A stretch of 64,000 nt of DNA from a virus: the IMG/VR virus record IMGVR_UViG_3300024252_000004, positions 280,770-344,769 of that record. The stretch is one strand, 5' to 3'. The notes beneath the pieces are model-generated. The model saw only the letters and a program-made list of their open reading frames with translations. It ran no database searches and was not told the DNA's origin. A program made the translations under genes and the position numbers. This document shows, piece by piece, positions 23,239 to 31,604 of this stretch. The first letter of the stretch is position 1. Every line of letters starts with the position of its first letter.

Positions 23239-23756
23239 TGAAATACAAAGTAAAGAAAGGTGCGATGAACTCGGGCGGCATTAGTAAACTCATAGAGTTT
23301 GCAGAAACTCTGAACTATACGCCGTGTTCAACTTGGCTCGGATATTACAAAGAAAAGGTATTCTACCTTGGCGATATGAGCAAAGAAGATGTTCCGAAAA
23401 TTCTGCACAGTCTTGCTCCTGCGATCCTCGGAAAGCTATCGGCTCTTGGAGAGCTAAGCGAAGACAATCTTTTTAATCAAATCGTGATTAAGAAGTATGC
23501 CGAAGGAGACGAAGGCAAGCCGCATTTTGATCCAAGAGATATTAAGGGGAAGGTCGTTGCAATTCACTTTGGTGACTTTGAGCTTAGTACGGTAAGGTTT
23601 GATGGCGAAGAAGTAATGGTTGACTCTGGGGATGTCATCATCCGACAGGCAACATCGGGTTACACGATGGGGCCAAAGTACAACGTAAGTGCAGTTGAGG
23701 GCGGCACAAAATATGTCCTCGAATTCCAAACAATCACTAAGGAGAAACCCTCTTGA
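23238..23756 (+). CDS. hypothetical protein
   Basis: 172-aa ORF from GTG overlapping previous stop. Confidence 0.45.
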   Translation: MKYKVKKGAMNSGGISKLIEFAETLNYTPCSTWLGYYKEKVFYLGDMSKEDVPKILHSLAPAILGKLSALGELSEDNLFNQIVIKKYAEGDEGKPHFDPRDIKGKVVAIHFGDFELSTVRFDGEEVMVDSGDVIIRQATSGYTMGPKYNVSAVEGGTKYVLEFQTITKEKPS

Positions 23757-24238
23757 AAACAAGAGTAAATTCTGATATCATAGCAAGAAGAGTTCTTCTC
23801 ATTGGAGGAGACGGTTCCAAGGTTGGCATTTTTCAGACAAGAGATGCCATAAGTAAAGCACAGGAGGCAGGTCTTGACCTGTTGCAGGTCAGCGCAGATC
23901 AGGAAGTTCCCGTGTGTAAGATTGTCGATTATGGCAAGATGCTTTATCTTCTAAAGAAGGGCAAGAAGGCTAAGGGATCAAGGGTTGTTGTGAAGGAAGT
24001 GAAGTTCGGACCTAACACTGGTGATGCTGATATTCAGGTCAGAGTTAAGGCTGCGAACAAATTCCTCTCCAAGGGTAACCACGTCAAGTTTACCGTCAGG
24101 GTGAAGGGTCGTGCAAACGCTCACAGAGACCTTGTCATCGATAAGCTTGCAGAAGTTCTTGAGAAGGTAGAGGGGAAAGTAGAGAAGGCTCCATCCTTCT
24201 CAGGCAACATATGCTCGGCGCTTGTCGTGCCGGAGTAA
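23753..24238 (+). CDS. infC: translation initiation factor IF-3 homolog, UUG start
   Basis: SD AAGGAGA then TTG 23753, no in-frame ATG before conserved NTD; LIGGDGSKVGIF..EAGLDLLQVSADQEVPVCKIVDYGK and KEVKFGPNTGDADIQVRVKAANKFL..RVKGRANAH match IF3 N and C domains. Confidence 0.8.
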   Translation: MKTRVNSDIIARRVLLIGGDGSKVGIFQTRDAISKAQEAGLDLLQVSADQEVPVCKIVDYGKMLYLLKKGKKAKGSRVVVKEVKFGPNTGDADIQVRVKAANKFLSKGNHVKFTVRVKGRANAHRDLVIDKLAEVLEKVEGKVEKAPSFSGNICSALVVPE

Positions 24239-24249
24239 ACTCATAATGT

Positions 24250-24327
24250 ACGTGCCCATGTTCCAAGGCAAGGCGACAGAGATTCCAAATCTCCGTGGGT
24301 GGGGTTCGATACCCCAGGTGCGTGCCA
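24250..24327 (+). tRNA. tRNA-Trp(CCA), CCA encoded
   Basis: acceptor ACGTGCC/GGTGCGT (G-U pairs), anticodon loop TTCCAAA, T arm TGGGG-TTCGATA-CCCCA; D arm atypical. Confidence 0.55.
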
Positions 24328-24328
24328 T

Positions 24329-24646
24329 ATGAGTGGCCTTCATTTGGAAGGATTTGAAGACTTCGTAGATAAAGCATATGCCCTTTGGAACTCTGACAAT
24401 GAGCGCAATGAAAAAGGTGTTTCTGCTTACAGGATCTTCGGGACAACAATTAACATCCACGTAAGCAGGCGTACGGGCACATGGGAATGTACTTTCTCAA
24501 AAACGATATTAGGGGTGAAGGGTAGGGTTAGGGCAGTTTCTTCCGCTTCTATTGATGAGGTGTTTGAAGAGTTGCCAGAAGAGGCGGTAGAGATCCTCGT
24601 CATGAGCCCCTTTCTTTTTGAGAACAGGAGAGAATATGGAAGATAA
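24329..24646 (+). CDS. hypothetical protein
   Basis: ATG 24329 after tRNA; ORF open from 24299. Confidence 0.4.
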   Translation: MSGLHLEGFEDFVDKAYALWNSDNERNEKGVSAYRIFGTTINIHVSRRTGTWECTFSKTILGVKGRVRAVSSASIDEVFEELPEEAVEILVMSPFLFENRREYGR

Positions 24647-24845
24647 ATTTGACAAATTGAGAAGGCTTTGGGCCTCCCTTGTCTTTTCTTTCCTCATTCT
24701 CCTTTTTGTTGGATTCATTGTAACTATGTGTGTCCATCTTTGTAAGTTGATCATGATTACTGCGCCATGGTCGTATTTGTTGATTTCACTATTTCTGGCT
24801 ATTTCAGGAATACTTTATATTTATATGGGGAGGATGGAAGTATGA
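24618..24845 (+). CDS. small membrane protein
   Basis: 75-aa ORF, two TM helices. Confidence 0.35.
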   Translation: MRTGENMEDKFDKLRRLWASLVFSFLILLFVGFIVTMCVHLCKLIMITAPWSYLLISLFLAISGILYIYMGRMEV

Positions 24846-25186
24846 GATTTGGTTTAATGCTATTGGCATGTTTGGCGATTGGTTGCGGCAATAAGAGGGT
24901 CAGTGTCGAATCTGCCCCTGTTATCCCTGAGGTTTGCGGTCCTGAACTGATGATTGGTCACGTACTGTCTGAAGTTTCTGAGTGTGAAAATGTGGTCATT
25001 TATCAGGATATTGACATGGCTGATATTTTCTATGGCGTTTGCGAGTATGGTTCAGATGTCGTGCTTGTAAACGTTGCAATGCCAACAGCGCTTTACCTTT
25101 CGGTTCAGGAGTCTGTTGCGGAAGATGGAGGAGTAGTTCTCTGCTCTGATGACATGTTCACAATCATCGACGTGCCGAATAAATGA
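24842..25186 (+). CDS. putative lipoprotein
   Basis: SD GGGAGGATGGAAG + ATG 24842; MRFGLMLLACLAIGC signal peptide with lipobox. Confidence 0.5.
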   Translation: MRFGLMLLACLAIGCGNKRVSVESAPVIPEVCGPELMIGHVLSEVSECENVVIYQDIDMADIFYGVCEYGSDVVLVNVAMPTALYLSVQESVAEDGGVVLCSDDMFTIIDVPNK

Positions 25187-25224
25187 TTTGAGTTAGCTTA
25201 TGCTACAGAGTATAAGTTAAACAC

Positions 25225-25300
25225 CGGTCCTTAGCTCAGTTGGGAGAGCGCTTGCTTTACACGCAAGGGGTCACAGGTTCGAGCCCTGTAGGACCGACCA
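25225..25300 (+). tRNA. tRNA-Val(TAC), CCA encoded
   Basis: acceptor CGGTCCT/AGGACCG perfect, D arm GCTC-AGTTGGGAG-AGC, anticodon stem CTTGC/GCAAG loop TTTACAC. Confidence 0.75.
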
Positions 25301-25312
25301 TAAAATCCTTAT

Positions 25313-25399
25313 GGCTTTGTGGCGGAATTGGTATACGCAGGGGACTTAAAATCCCCCGGTCATTAGACCTTAAGGGTTCGAGTCCCTTCGGAGCTACCA
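25313..25399 (+). tRNA. tRNA-Leu(TAA), class II, CCA encoded
   Basis: Leu-type D arm TGGCGGAATTGGTATACGC, anticodon stem GGGGA/TCCCC loop CTTAAAA, 15-nt variable arm. Confidence 0.7.
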
Positions 25400-25400
25400 T

Positions 25401-25652
25401 ATGAAAAAATCTGAACTTGCAAAAATCATTAGAGACCTTAACACCGTATCAAACATGGCACAGGCAATTGAAAACAGAGACTCAGTTGTTATGTCTGGAA
25501 AACGAGTTACTCTTGTCAATCCGGAATGGCTGGAAGCTGTTGTCGAAATGTTGTCTATATGTGGAGACAATCTCCTTACTCTTCTTGATGATTCGGATGT
25601 AATATTGGAGAAGGAAGATGTCGCAAAAGTTTCGAGCCCATTGTCAGACTGA
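25401..25652 (+). CDS. hypothetical protein
   Basis: 83-aa ORF starting 2 nt after tRNA. Confidence 0.4.
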   Translation: MKKSELAKIIRDLNTVSNMAQAIENRDSVVMSGKRVTLVNPEWLEAVVEMLSICGDNLLTLLDDSDVILEKEDVAKVSSPLSD

Positions 25653-25869
25653 TAACAATTGGGAAATATGGACTGAAGACGAGGATGGCGTAGCGTCAAA
25701 CGTTGCGGAGTTTCTGGAAGAAGATATGGCTTTGAGAATGGTCGCCCTTCTGAATCTGTTTGAAGGTACTTCTACAAATAGGATTCCGAAAAAGAATCAT
25801 TACGACCTCGCGATAAAGCTTCTCTCCATTGAACTAAGGAAACAAGAAATATTGATGGAGCTTAAGTAA
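25618..25869 (+). CDS. hypothetical protein
   Basis: 83-aa ORF. Confidence 0.4.
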   Translation: MSQKFRAHCQTDNNWEIWTEDEDGVASNVAEFLEEDMALRMVALLNLFEGTSTNRIPKKNHYDLAIKLLSIELRKQEILMELK

Positions 25870-26070
25870 TGGCGGGGTATCACCTAAGAGACATTAAAAA
25901 AGGTGTTCTTGGCGAACCATCGAAAATTAGATTAAGGTCAGTCTAATGGATATATTTATTTTCATCATGTTTGCGGTGGCTCTGCTTATCATCTGCGACC
26001 TACTTTTTGATGTGTGGACTTCTATTGGGTTTTGGATACTGAATAAAATTTTAGGAAAAGACGAGTCTGA

Positions 26071-26517
26071 GTGAACAACATCACTAATGAGGTTGCAATG
26101 AGTTGGAAAACGAAACTGCTTCGAAAGTTCTTCCTTGTGAAGGAGATTAGATCAAGAAAAGGTATGCTGCATTTTGAAAGATGGCGCATCCTGAATGTTT
26201 GGTTGTTCGCTATATACATCCACAAGATTTATCGTAGCGACGAAGACATCCATCAGCATTCGCATCCTTGGATTTTCTTTTCTAAAATTCTCACAGGAGG
26301 TTATATAGAGCAGAGGGGCGGACGCGGCGATCTTATGACCCAAGGCTCATGGACAATCATGAAGCCGAAAGAGTACCACAAGATTACGGTCATCAAACCG
26401 ACGACCTCGTTCGTAATCACTGGCCCGAGGCTACATAAGTGGGGTTACATGACGAGCGAAGGACATGTTGATTCTGTCGCTTATAGAGAAAGAAAAAGAA
26501 AGAACGTGACGCATTAG
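26071..26517 (+). CDS. hypothetical protein
   Basis: 148-aa ORF from GTG; alternative ATG 26098. Confidence 0.4.
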   Translation: MNNITNEVAMSWKTKLLRKFFLVKEIRSRKGMLHFERWRILNVWLFAIYIHKIYRSDEDIHQHSHPWIFFSKILTGGYIEQRGGRGDLMTQGSWTIMKPKEYHKITVIKPTTSFVITGPRLHKWGYMTSEGHVDSVAYRERKRKNVTH

Positions 26518-26706
26518 GATTTGGTCCTAAAAGAGTTGCGAAAATTTTAGAAACAAAGTAGAATAGTTCTACAAGGGAGATAAAACATGCTGAACGCACT
26601 ACTCGATACGCTCGATAGCGACGACGACCTAAGTGACGATCTTAGGTGCGCGGCTACGTTTATCTCATAAATAGAGAATAACGGAGTCGCGTCAAACAAA
26701 ACACGC

Positions 26707-26792
26707 GGCTCCGTGATGGAACTGGTATACATGCTGGCCTTAGAAGTCAGTGCCTTTATGGATTGTGGGTTCGAATCCCACCGGAGCTACCA
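26707..26792 (+). tRNA. tRNA-Leu(TAG), class II, CCA encoded
   Basis: acceptor GGCTCCG/CGGAGCT, D stem ATG/CAT, anticodon stem CTGGC/GTCAG loop CTTAGAA, 14-nt variable arm. Confidence 0.65.
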
Positions 26793-26794
26793 TC

Positions 26795-27016
26795 ATGTCA
26801 TATACAGAACAGGTTCGCAATCTACCAGAAGGAACCCTTTCAAAAGTTCTCCAGTCCGCTCACAGAATTGCTCGTGAGAAATTGGAAGCTGATTGGGGCC
26901 GGAAGGCAGAGTACGCAGCTTATAGAGTTCTGTACTATGATGAGTCTACTTGGCGTCAAGCTTTGGAAGACAATGATATAAGTCTAAGTGGTGGAACGGT
27001 AGACACGCAGCGCTGA
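26795..27016 (+). CDS. hypothetical protein
   Basis: ATG 26795 right after tRNA; ORF open from 26750. Confidence 0.4.
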   Translation: MSYTEQVRNLPEGTLSKVLQSAHRIAREKLEADWGRKAEYAAYRVLYYDESTWRQALEDNDISLSGGTVDTQR

Positions 27017-27064
27017 GTACGTTGTCCGGCAATCCGGGTGAAGGTTCAAATCCTTTCTTAGGCA
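26982..27064 (+). tRNA. tRNA-Leu(GAG), class II, only CC of CCA encoded
   Basis: acceptor GTCTAAG/CTTAGGC, anticodon stem CAGCG/CGTTG loop CTGAGTA, variable-arm hairpin CCGG-CAAT-CCGG, T-loop TTCAAAT. Confidence 0.6.
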
Positions 27065-27120
27065 CCTTAAGAAGTGTTAAGATGAGTTCAATTAATGTTA
27101 ATGAATGAGGAAGTTGTAAA

Positions 27121-27432
27121 ATGAATGCTATGATTTTGTTCGCTTTGGTCTTTGGTTCTATCGCTAACGCTGAGCCAGAAATTGTATTTGAGCCTGTTTG
27201 CGATCGTTTGTTCGCGGAAGACTACCTTGATGACAGAGAGAACTGCGAGACTATCTCGTCAGAAGTCGTCAAGTTGGCGCCAGTCGTTACGATTACCTGC
27301 CACACAGAGGACTCCAAAATCTCCGTATCTGGTATACCGAGCGGCTACTTCAAGCAGAACGAAAAGAATATACTGAGGCAAAATAAGGTTCTCTGTCAGG
27401 ATTCTTGGTTTGCAGTTGTAGAGAGCAAATAG
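27121..27432 (+). CDS. secreted hypothetical protein
   Basis: MNAMILFALVFGSIANA signal peptide. Confidence 0.5.
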   Translation: MNAMILFALVFGSIANAEPEIVFEPVCDRLFAEDYLDDRENCETISSEVVKLAPVVTITCHTEDSKISVSGIPSGYFKQNEKNILRQNKVLCQDSWFAVVESK

Positions 27433-27444
27433 GCTAACGCCTAT

Positions 27445-27531
27445 GCCCAGGTGGCGGAATTGGTAGACGCGCCAGATTAAGGATCTGGTTCCTGAAACGG
27501 AGTGAAGGTTCGATCCCTTTCCTGGGCACCA
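27445..27531 (+). tRNA. tRNA-Leu, class II, anticodon read as AAG (unusual A34), CCA encoded
   Basis: Leu-type D arm TGGCGGAATTGGTAGACGC, anticodon stem CCAGA/TCTGG loop TTAAGGA, long variable arm, T-loop TTCGATC. Confidence 0.5.
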
Positions 27532-27560
27532 TTAAGAAAGATTATAAGAAGGATTAGAAA

Positions 27561-28058
27561 ATGAGTTCCATTAAAGACCTGTTTCCGATTGATGTAGATA
27601 ATGATGGTGCAGTAATTCGTAATAAGATAAACGAACTTCTCATTTCGTTATGTTATACTGAAGATCAGGATATCAAAATCAGATTCTATTCGATGGCGAT
27701 CATGGCTACCTTCAGAGAGTATGAGATTAATGGTCTTGAAGCAGCTTTGAGGCAGCTTGACCAAATGATTGAGAAGCCTGCTCTGAATGACAATTCTGAC
27801 ATAGGATTCCCGGTTAAACTTGAGACAGATGAGAAGTGGCCGGGCATTTGCAAAAACGATTGCCCATTCGACAGAGAGTGCGCAAATGCAGGAAGCGCTG
27901 GAGATTATCGTTCTGAAAGCGGACTGACACCCGACTTTGTTAAAAACGAAGATTCTTCGATTACCTGTCACGGTTGTGGAGATATGGAGGAAGGTATGAG
28001 GCTTTTCGATGACAATGGAAGGCCGACAACTTTTTATAAGCATTATAATCATTGGTAA
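27561..28058 (+). CDS. hypothetical protein
   Basis: 165-aa ORF. Confidence 0.45.
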   Translation: MSSIKDLFPIDVDNDGAVIRNKINELLISLCYTEDQDIKIRFYSMAIMATFREYEINGLEAALRQLDQMIEKPALNDNSDIGFPVKLETDEKWPGICKNDCPFDRECANAGSAGDYRSESGLTPDFVKNEDSSITCHGCGDMEEGMRLFDDNGRPTTFYKHYNHW

Positions 28059-28069
28059 AGACATAAGGA

Positions 28070-28378
28070 GTGAGAGTGAGTGATTCTGTAACGGATTTTA
28101 TATATGGGTGTGAGTTGCCCTGGAGACATAGAGATATGGTTTCCGATTTCGTTATGAACGGGGAGGTTGGTTTCGTATCAACCTATACGTCGCACGAAGA
28201 TATCTTTTGGTTTGGAATAGGATACGCATCAAATTCTAATGGATTTAATGATGCGCCAGAACCTCCAAGTGCAGAGCTTATGAGTGAAGTAGACTCTGCT
28301 TATGAAGAATTGTCAGATGAACTTAAGGAAGCTTTGAATGGTCGGCCAAGAAATTTGGTACACTCATACGCAGCATGA
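28070..28378 (+). CDS. hypothetical protein
   Basis: 102-aa ORF (GTG start). Confidence 0.4.
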   Translation: MRVSDSVTDFIYGCELPWRHRDMVSDFVMNGEVGFVSTYTSHEDIFWFGIGYASNSNGFNDAPEPPSAELMSEVDSAYEELSDELKEALNGRPRNLVHSYAA

Positions 28379-28384
28379 AAATTT

Positions 28385-28461
28385 AGGGTATTAGTTTAGT
28401 TGGTTAAAACACTGGCTTGTCACGCCAGAGATCGCGAGTTCGAGTCTCGTATATCCTGCCA
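28385..28461 (+). tRNA. tRNA-Asp(GTC), CCA encoded
   Basis: acceptor AGGGTAT/ATATCCT, D arm GTTT-AGTTGGTTA-AAAC, anticodon stem CTGGC/GCCAG loop TTGTCAC, T arm GCGAG-TTCGAGT-CTCGT. Confidence 0.7.
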
Positions 28462-28490
28462 TAATATGACTGTAATTTTACGGAGACCTA

Positions 28491-28922
28491 ATGGTTAAAA
28501 CATTCGAAACTGGAGGATACATTTGGATTTATCCAAATGTGGAAATATTGGATAAAGCTTTGAAAAAGCATAATCGGTTGGGCGGTCTTGATACAGGATT
28601 TCTCGCCAATTGCAGACCAGATGTAAGCTTAGCTTATGGCCTTTGGAATGAGAACCTTTACCGATTTGATTGCGAAACGGATCCAGAAGAAAGAATTTAT
28701 AAGTTTCCAGATACAGAAGTTTCTTTTGTAATTCGTATAGGAAGTGATGGCCGACACTATATCACGTCACATAACGGATTAACTTTGGAACAATATGGTG
28801 CAATGCTATTGGGCTATTCAACGAAACGGTATCTGGAAATGACAGAATCTGAATTTGAAAAAGAGATTGAAAGGCGCAACGAGCCTCCCTCTTCTTCTTT
28901 TGAAAACGATTTTCTATTTTAA
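28491..28922 (+). CDS. hypothetical protein
   Basis: 143-aa ORF. Confidence 0.45.
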   Translation: MVKTFETGGYIWIYPNVEILDKALKKHNRLGGLDTGFLANCRPDVSLAYGLWNENLYRFDCETDPEERIYKFPDTEVSFVIRIGSDGRHYITSHNGLTLEQYGAMLLGYSTKRYLEMTESEFEKEIERRNEPPSSSFENDFLF

Positions 28923-28928
28923 AATTAT

Positions 28929-29225
28929 GGGGGTATCAGGTCTGTTTCAGACCGATTCCGGGCGGCCCACACGATCAGTGGGACGGGTGAGAGGATTGCT
29001 CACTGCCCCCGCCAGTTTTGGGAATATATAGGCCAAGGTACAACGGCCGCTTTCAAAGCAGTATTCATGATATCTGCGCAGGAGAATTACCTGCTATTCC
29101 CGCCAGTTAGATTAGTTTTGGGGAGTGGGTGGACTGGTTCGAGTCCAGATAGAAAGGTTATACCCTACCCGCATGGCAAAGGATCGCGCGTCCGACTTTA
29201 GGTTCGAATCCTAAACTCTCCACCA
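28929..29225 (+). ncRNA. ~300-nt ORF-free structured RNA with tRNA-like 3' end and alanine-identity-like G3-U70/A73 (tmRNA-like? class unknown)
   Basis: 5' GGGGG..; 3' TTAGG-TTCGAAT-CCTAA + ACTCTCC-A-CCA; internal second T-arm-like GGACTGG-TTCGAGT-CCAG; no canonical tag reading frame. Confidence 0.3.
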
Positions 29226-29241
29226 TTTAAAAAGGAATTTA

Positions 29242-29508
29242 ATGTTTGTTGTTCACTTCAAATCAGAATCTGGTGACAATTACTACTCAGCTTTCGAAAG
29301 AAAGCCTGACGATTACGAATTGAAAGTTTGGATCATTTATCATTGGCCTGAATCAATTGAAGATGGCGTCTGCTATATTCATGTTAATAGCGTTACAGAG
29401 TGTGAGTTTTATGACGTAGACGAAGGTGATTTGGATCTCAGAGAGTTGCCGTATCCCGACAAAGTGGAGTGGATGTTGCCGTATCCCGACAAAGTGGAGT
29501 GGATGTAA
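29242..29508 (+). CDS. hypothetical protein with duplicated LPYPDKVEWM C-terminus
   Basis: 88-aa ORF; C-terminal 20 aa encoded by tandem repeat 29445-29504. Confidence 0.4.
   Translation: MFVVHFKSESGDNYYSAFERKPDDYELKVWIIYHWPESIEDGVCYIHVNSVTECEFYDVDEGDLDLRELPYPDKVEWMLPYPDKVEWM
29445..29504 (+). repeat. perfect tandem duplication, 2 x 30 bp (GTTGCCGTATCCCGACAAAGTGGAGTGGAT)
   Basis: identical adjacent 30-mers, in frame. Confidence 0.9.
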
Positions 29509-29930
29509 TGTACAAAGTTAACCATGATCATTTTCGATTGAACGCAGAAGAATCTGCTTGTCTTGACAAACAGTTTGAATCACTCATAATTAAGCACGCT
29601 CATTTTATTATGAAGAACGGTTTAAGTCATTTTTTTGTGGTTGCTATTGAGGATAAAGAATTTCGGATAAAGTTTAAGTGGCCAAAGGGTTCCTGGGTTG
29701 ATGCCGACGATGGACGCGGGAAGAGAATAGCTGATGATGCAGTTCCTATTGGGGCGACAATGCAATACAGGGATTATAGAAAAAACGCTTATGATCATGG
29801 TGCTGTTGAAAAATATACCTGCTCTGAGTTTTACAATAAAACAATGATTGATCTGAATGATATCTTTGGTAGGACGTTGAGAGCACAAATGAGGTATCAC
29901 GATCATAAATGCAATTTTTGTGAGTCTTGA
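29508..29930 (+). CDS. hypothetical protein
   Basis: ATG 29508 overlapping previous stop by 1 nt; longer ORF from 29469 crosses previous gene. Confidence 0.4.
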   Translation: MYKVNHDHFRLNAEESACLDKQFESLIIKHAHFIMKNGLSHFFVVAIEDKEFRIKFKWPKGSWVDADDGRGKRIADDAVPIGATMQYRDYRKNAYDHGAVEKYTCSEFYNKTMIDLNDIFGRTLRAQMRYHDHKCNFCES

Positions 29931-29949
29931 ATAGTTAGGTTTGAAATAA

Positions 29950-30026
29950 GGGTGGCGTGGTGTAATTGGCTAACACGCTGGACTGTCTATCCGGAATTTG
30001 GGGTTCAAATCCCCCGTTGCCCGCCA
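29950..30026 (+). tRNA. tRNA, anticodon read as GTC (Asp-like) with U37; uncertain
   Basis: acceptor GGGTGGC/GTTGCCC (three G-U), anticodon stem CTGGA/TCCGG loop CTGTCTA, T arm GGGG-TTCAAAT-CCCC, CCA encoded. Confidence 0.45.
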
Positions 30027-30036
30027 AGGAAATGTT

Positions 30037-30402
30037 ATGAATGTAACGGAAGTTATATCAAAGATATCAGAGTCTAAGTTTTTCGACATCGAAACAACTC
30101 AATATCTGATGATTGTAAACATAAAACGCACACACTTTTATTTTGTTATTGATTATGAATCGTCTCTGTTTTCTCTTTATAACTATGAGCATAATCTTCA
30201 AATTAAAAAACCTGATGGTTCATGGGTTAATTTAAAAGGGGAGCCTATCATCACTCATTGGAGTGTTTTCGACATAACCGAGAAGATGGTAGGAAAATTC
30301 TCTCAAAAATACATCGAGGAATTTGAAGAGTTTGTGATGATAGATCTGCTCTTCATGAGTTCTGAATATAAATTAGAGGAAGCTGAATGGCCAAAGAATT
30401 AA
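30037..30402 (+). CDS. hypothetical protein
   Basis: ATG 30037 after tRNA; ORF open from 29998. Confidence 0.4.
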   Translation: MNVTEVISKISESKFFDIETTQYLMIVNIKRTHFYFVIDYESSLFSLYNYEHNLQIKKPDGSWVNLKGEPIITHWSVFDITEKMVGKFSQKYIEEFEEFVMIDLLFMSSEYKLEEAEWPKN

Positions 30403-30782
30403 ATTCCGAATACAAATACCTAATCCCTTACTTATCTCCCCTTCTTCAGGGTTTTGCAGCCCATTTCCCCCTTGATGAACTTGGCGGTGCAAGACAACTT
30501 GAATCCTTTAAAAAGGTTGAAGATTCGGACGGAGAGTTCGCAATCGCAGTTTCATATTGGATTGAAGGCGGAGATAGCCCGAATATAGAAACGGATTTGT
30601 TTTTGGTCTGTGACGAATCTTATGAGAAGCTTGCCAACTCAATGCTTCAAGATTTTGCCGCCAATAATGAAGAATACTACAAAGTTAAAATAATACACAG
30701 CTACGGGAAAGTTGTTCAATTTGTCCCAAAAGCGGAAAAGATTATACTTGAGAAGGTTAGTTATAACTTTCTTGAAGTGTAA
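30387..30782 (+). CDS. hypothetical protein
   Basis: 131-aa ORF. Confidence 0.45.
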   Translation: MAKELNSEYKYLIPYLSPLLQGFAAHFPLDELGGARQLESFKKVEDSDGEFAIAVSYWIEGGDSPNIETDLFLVCDESYEKLANSMLQDFAANNEEYYKVKIIHSYGKVVQFVPKAEKIILEKVSYNFLEV

Positions 30783-30885
30783 CGTATATCATAGCGCGAG
30801 CCGTAAGCTCATTGATCTTTATAAAAATGCGACCAAGTTAGTATGAGCTATGACGGAAACCTTGGTTTGAGGAACGGTGAATTAG

Positions 30886-31581
30886 TTGAGTGATTTCAAA
30901 ATTTTGATTGGGGATGACTTTTCGGGCATGTCTGCGGAAGAGATCCGTGCATACTATGACGGCATGACCATTGAGCAAAAAGCAGAGCACAAGGCAGAAC
31001 AGGATCGTCGCTGGAAAGAGGAAGCGCGTATTCGAAAGAAAAAGTATGCTGCAAAGCGAGTTGTAATCAACGAATACTACGATTCTTTCAACAAAGTTCT
31101 TACCTTGACTGAGGAAGATAAGCGTCACCTTTTTGAAGGTACCCATCCAAGGTTCAGGTTCAAGTCTGGATATAACAGATATGGTGCAGGTCATAAGTTA
31201 TCCGCAAAACACTTGGATTGGAAATTTCATCCTGACGAAACGTACACAGCGAACGTTACGTTCACGGATGGTCACTCAACGTTCACCGTTACTCTTAGAG
31301 CAGAGGACAATCCTCACAAAGATGCGATTAAGCCGTGGCTAAACATGCCAGACGAAATCAAACCGAAATGGGGTGATGATATCATCCCGAAAGAATATAA
31401 GAGATTCTCGGTCAGCGAACCGGAACACACGACGTATGCACTTTATACGGTGTATGCGAGAGACGAGGATCACCTTCAGGTGCTTCTTGACAATGGAATT
31501 CTTGACGATATGGATTCAGAAGATAGAGAGAGTGGCTATTCTAACGACAAGGTCACATTTAATGAAGATACTAGTTGGTAA
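30886..31581 (+). CDS. hypothetical protein (231 aa)
   Basis: TTG start; no domain recognised. Confidence 0.45.
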   Translation: MSDFKILIGDDFSGMSAEEIRAYYDGMTIEQKAEHKAEQDRRWKEEARIRKKKYAAKRVVINEYYDSFNKVLTLTEEDKRHLFEGTHPRFRFKSGYNRYGAGHKLSAKHLDWKFHPDETYTANVTFTDGHSTFTVTLRAEDNPHKDAIKPWLNMPDEIKPKWGDDIIPKEYKRFSVSEPEHTTYALYTVYARDEDHLQVLLDNGILDDMDSEDRESGYSNDKVTFNEDTSW

Positions 31582-31604
31582 CACACAACAAGGAGTTGTT
31601 TTAG

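Noticed and set aside
28929-29225. Calling this locus a standard tmRNA
   Set aside because: No tag reading frame with a resume codon and an ..AA-stop ending could be found. The 5' end lacks the UUCGAC-type motif that the real tmRNA at 44444 shows. It is kept only as an unknown structured RNA.
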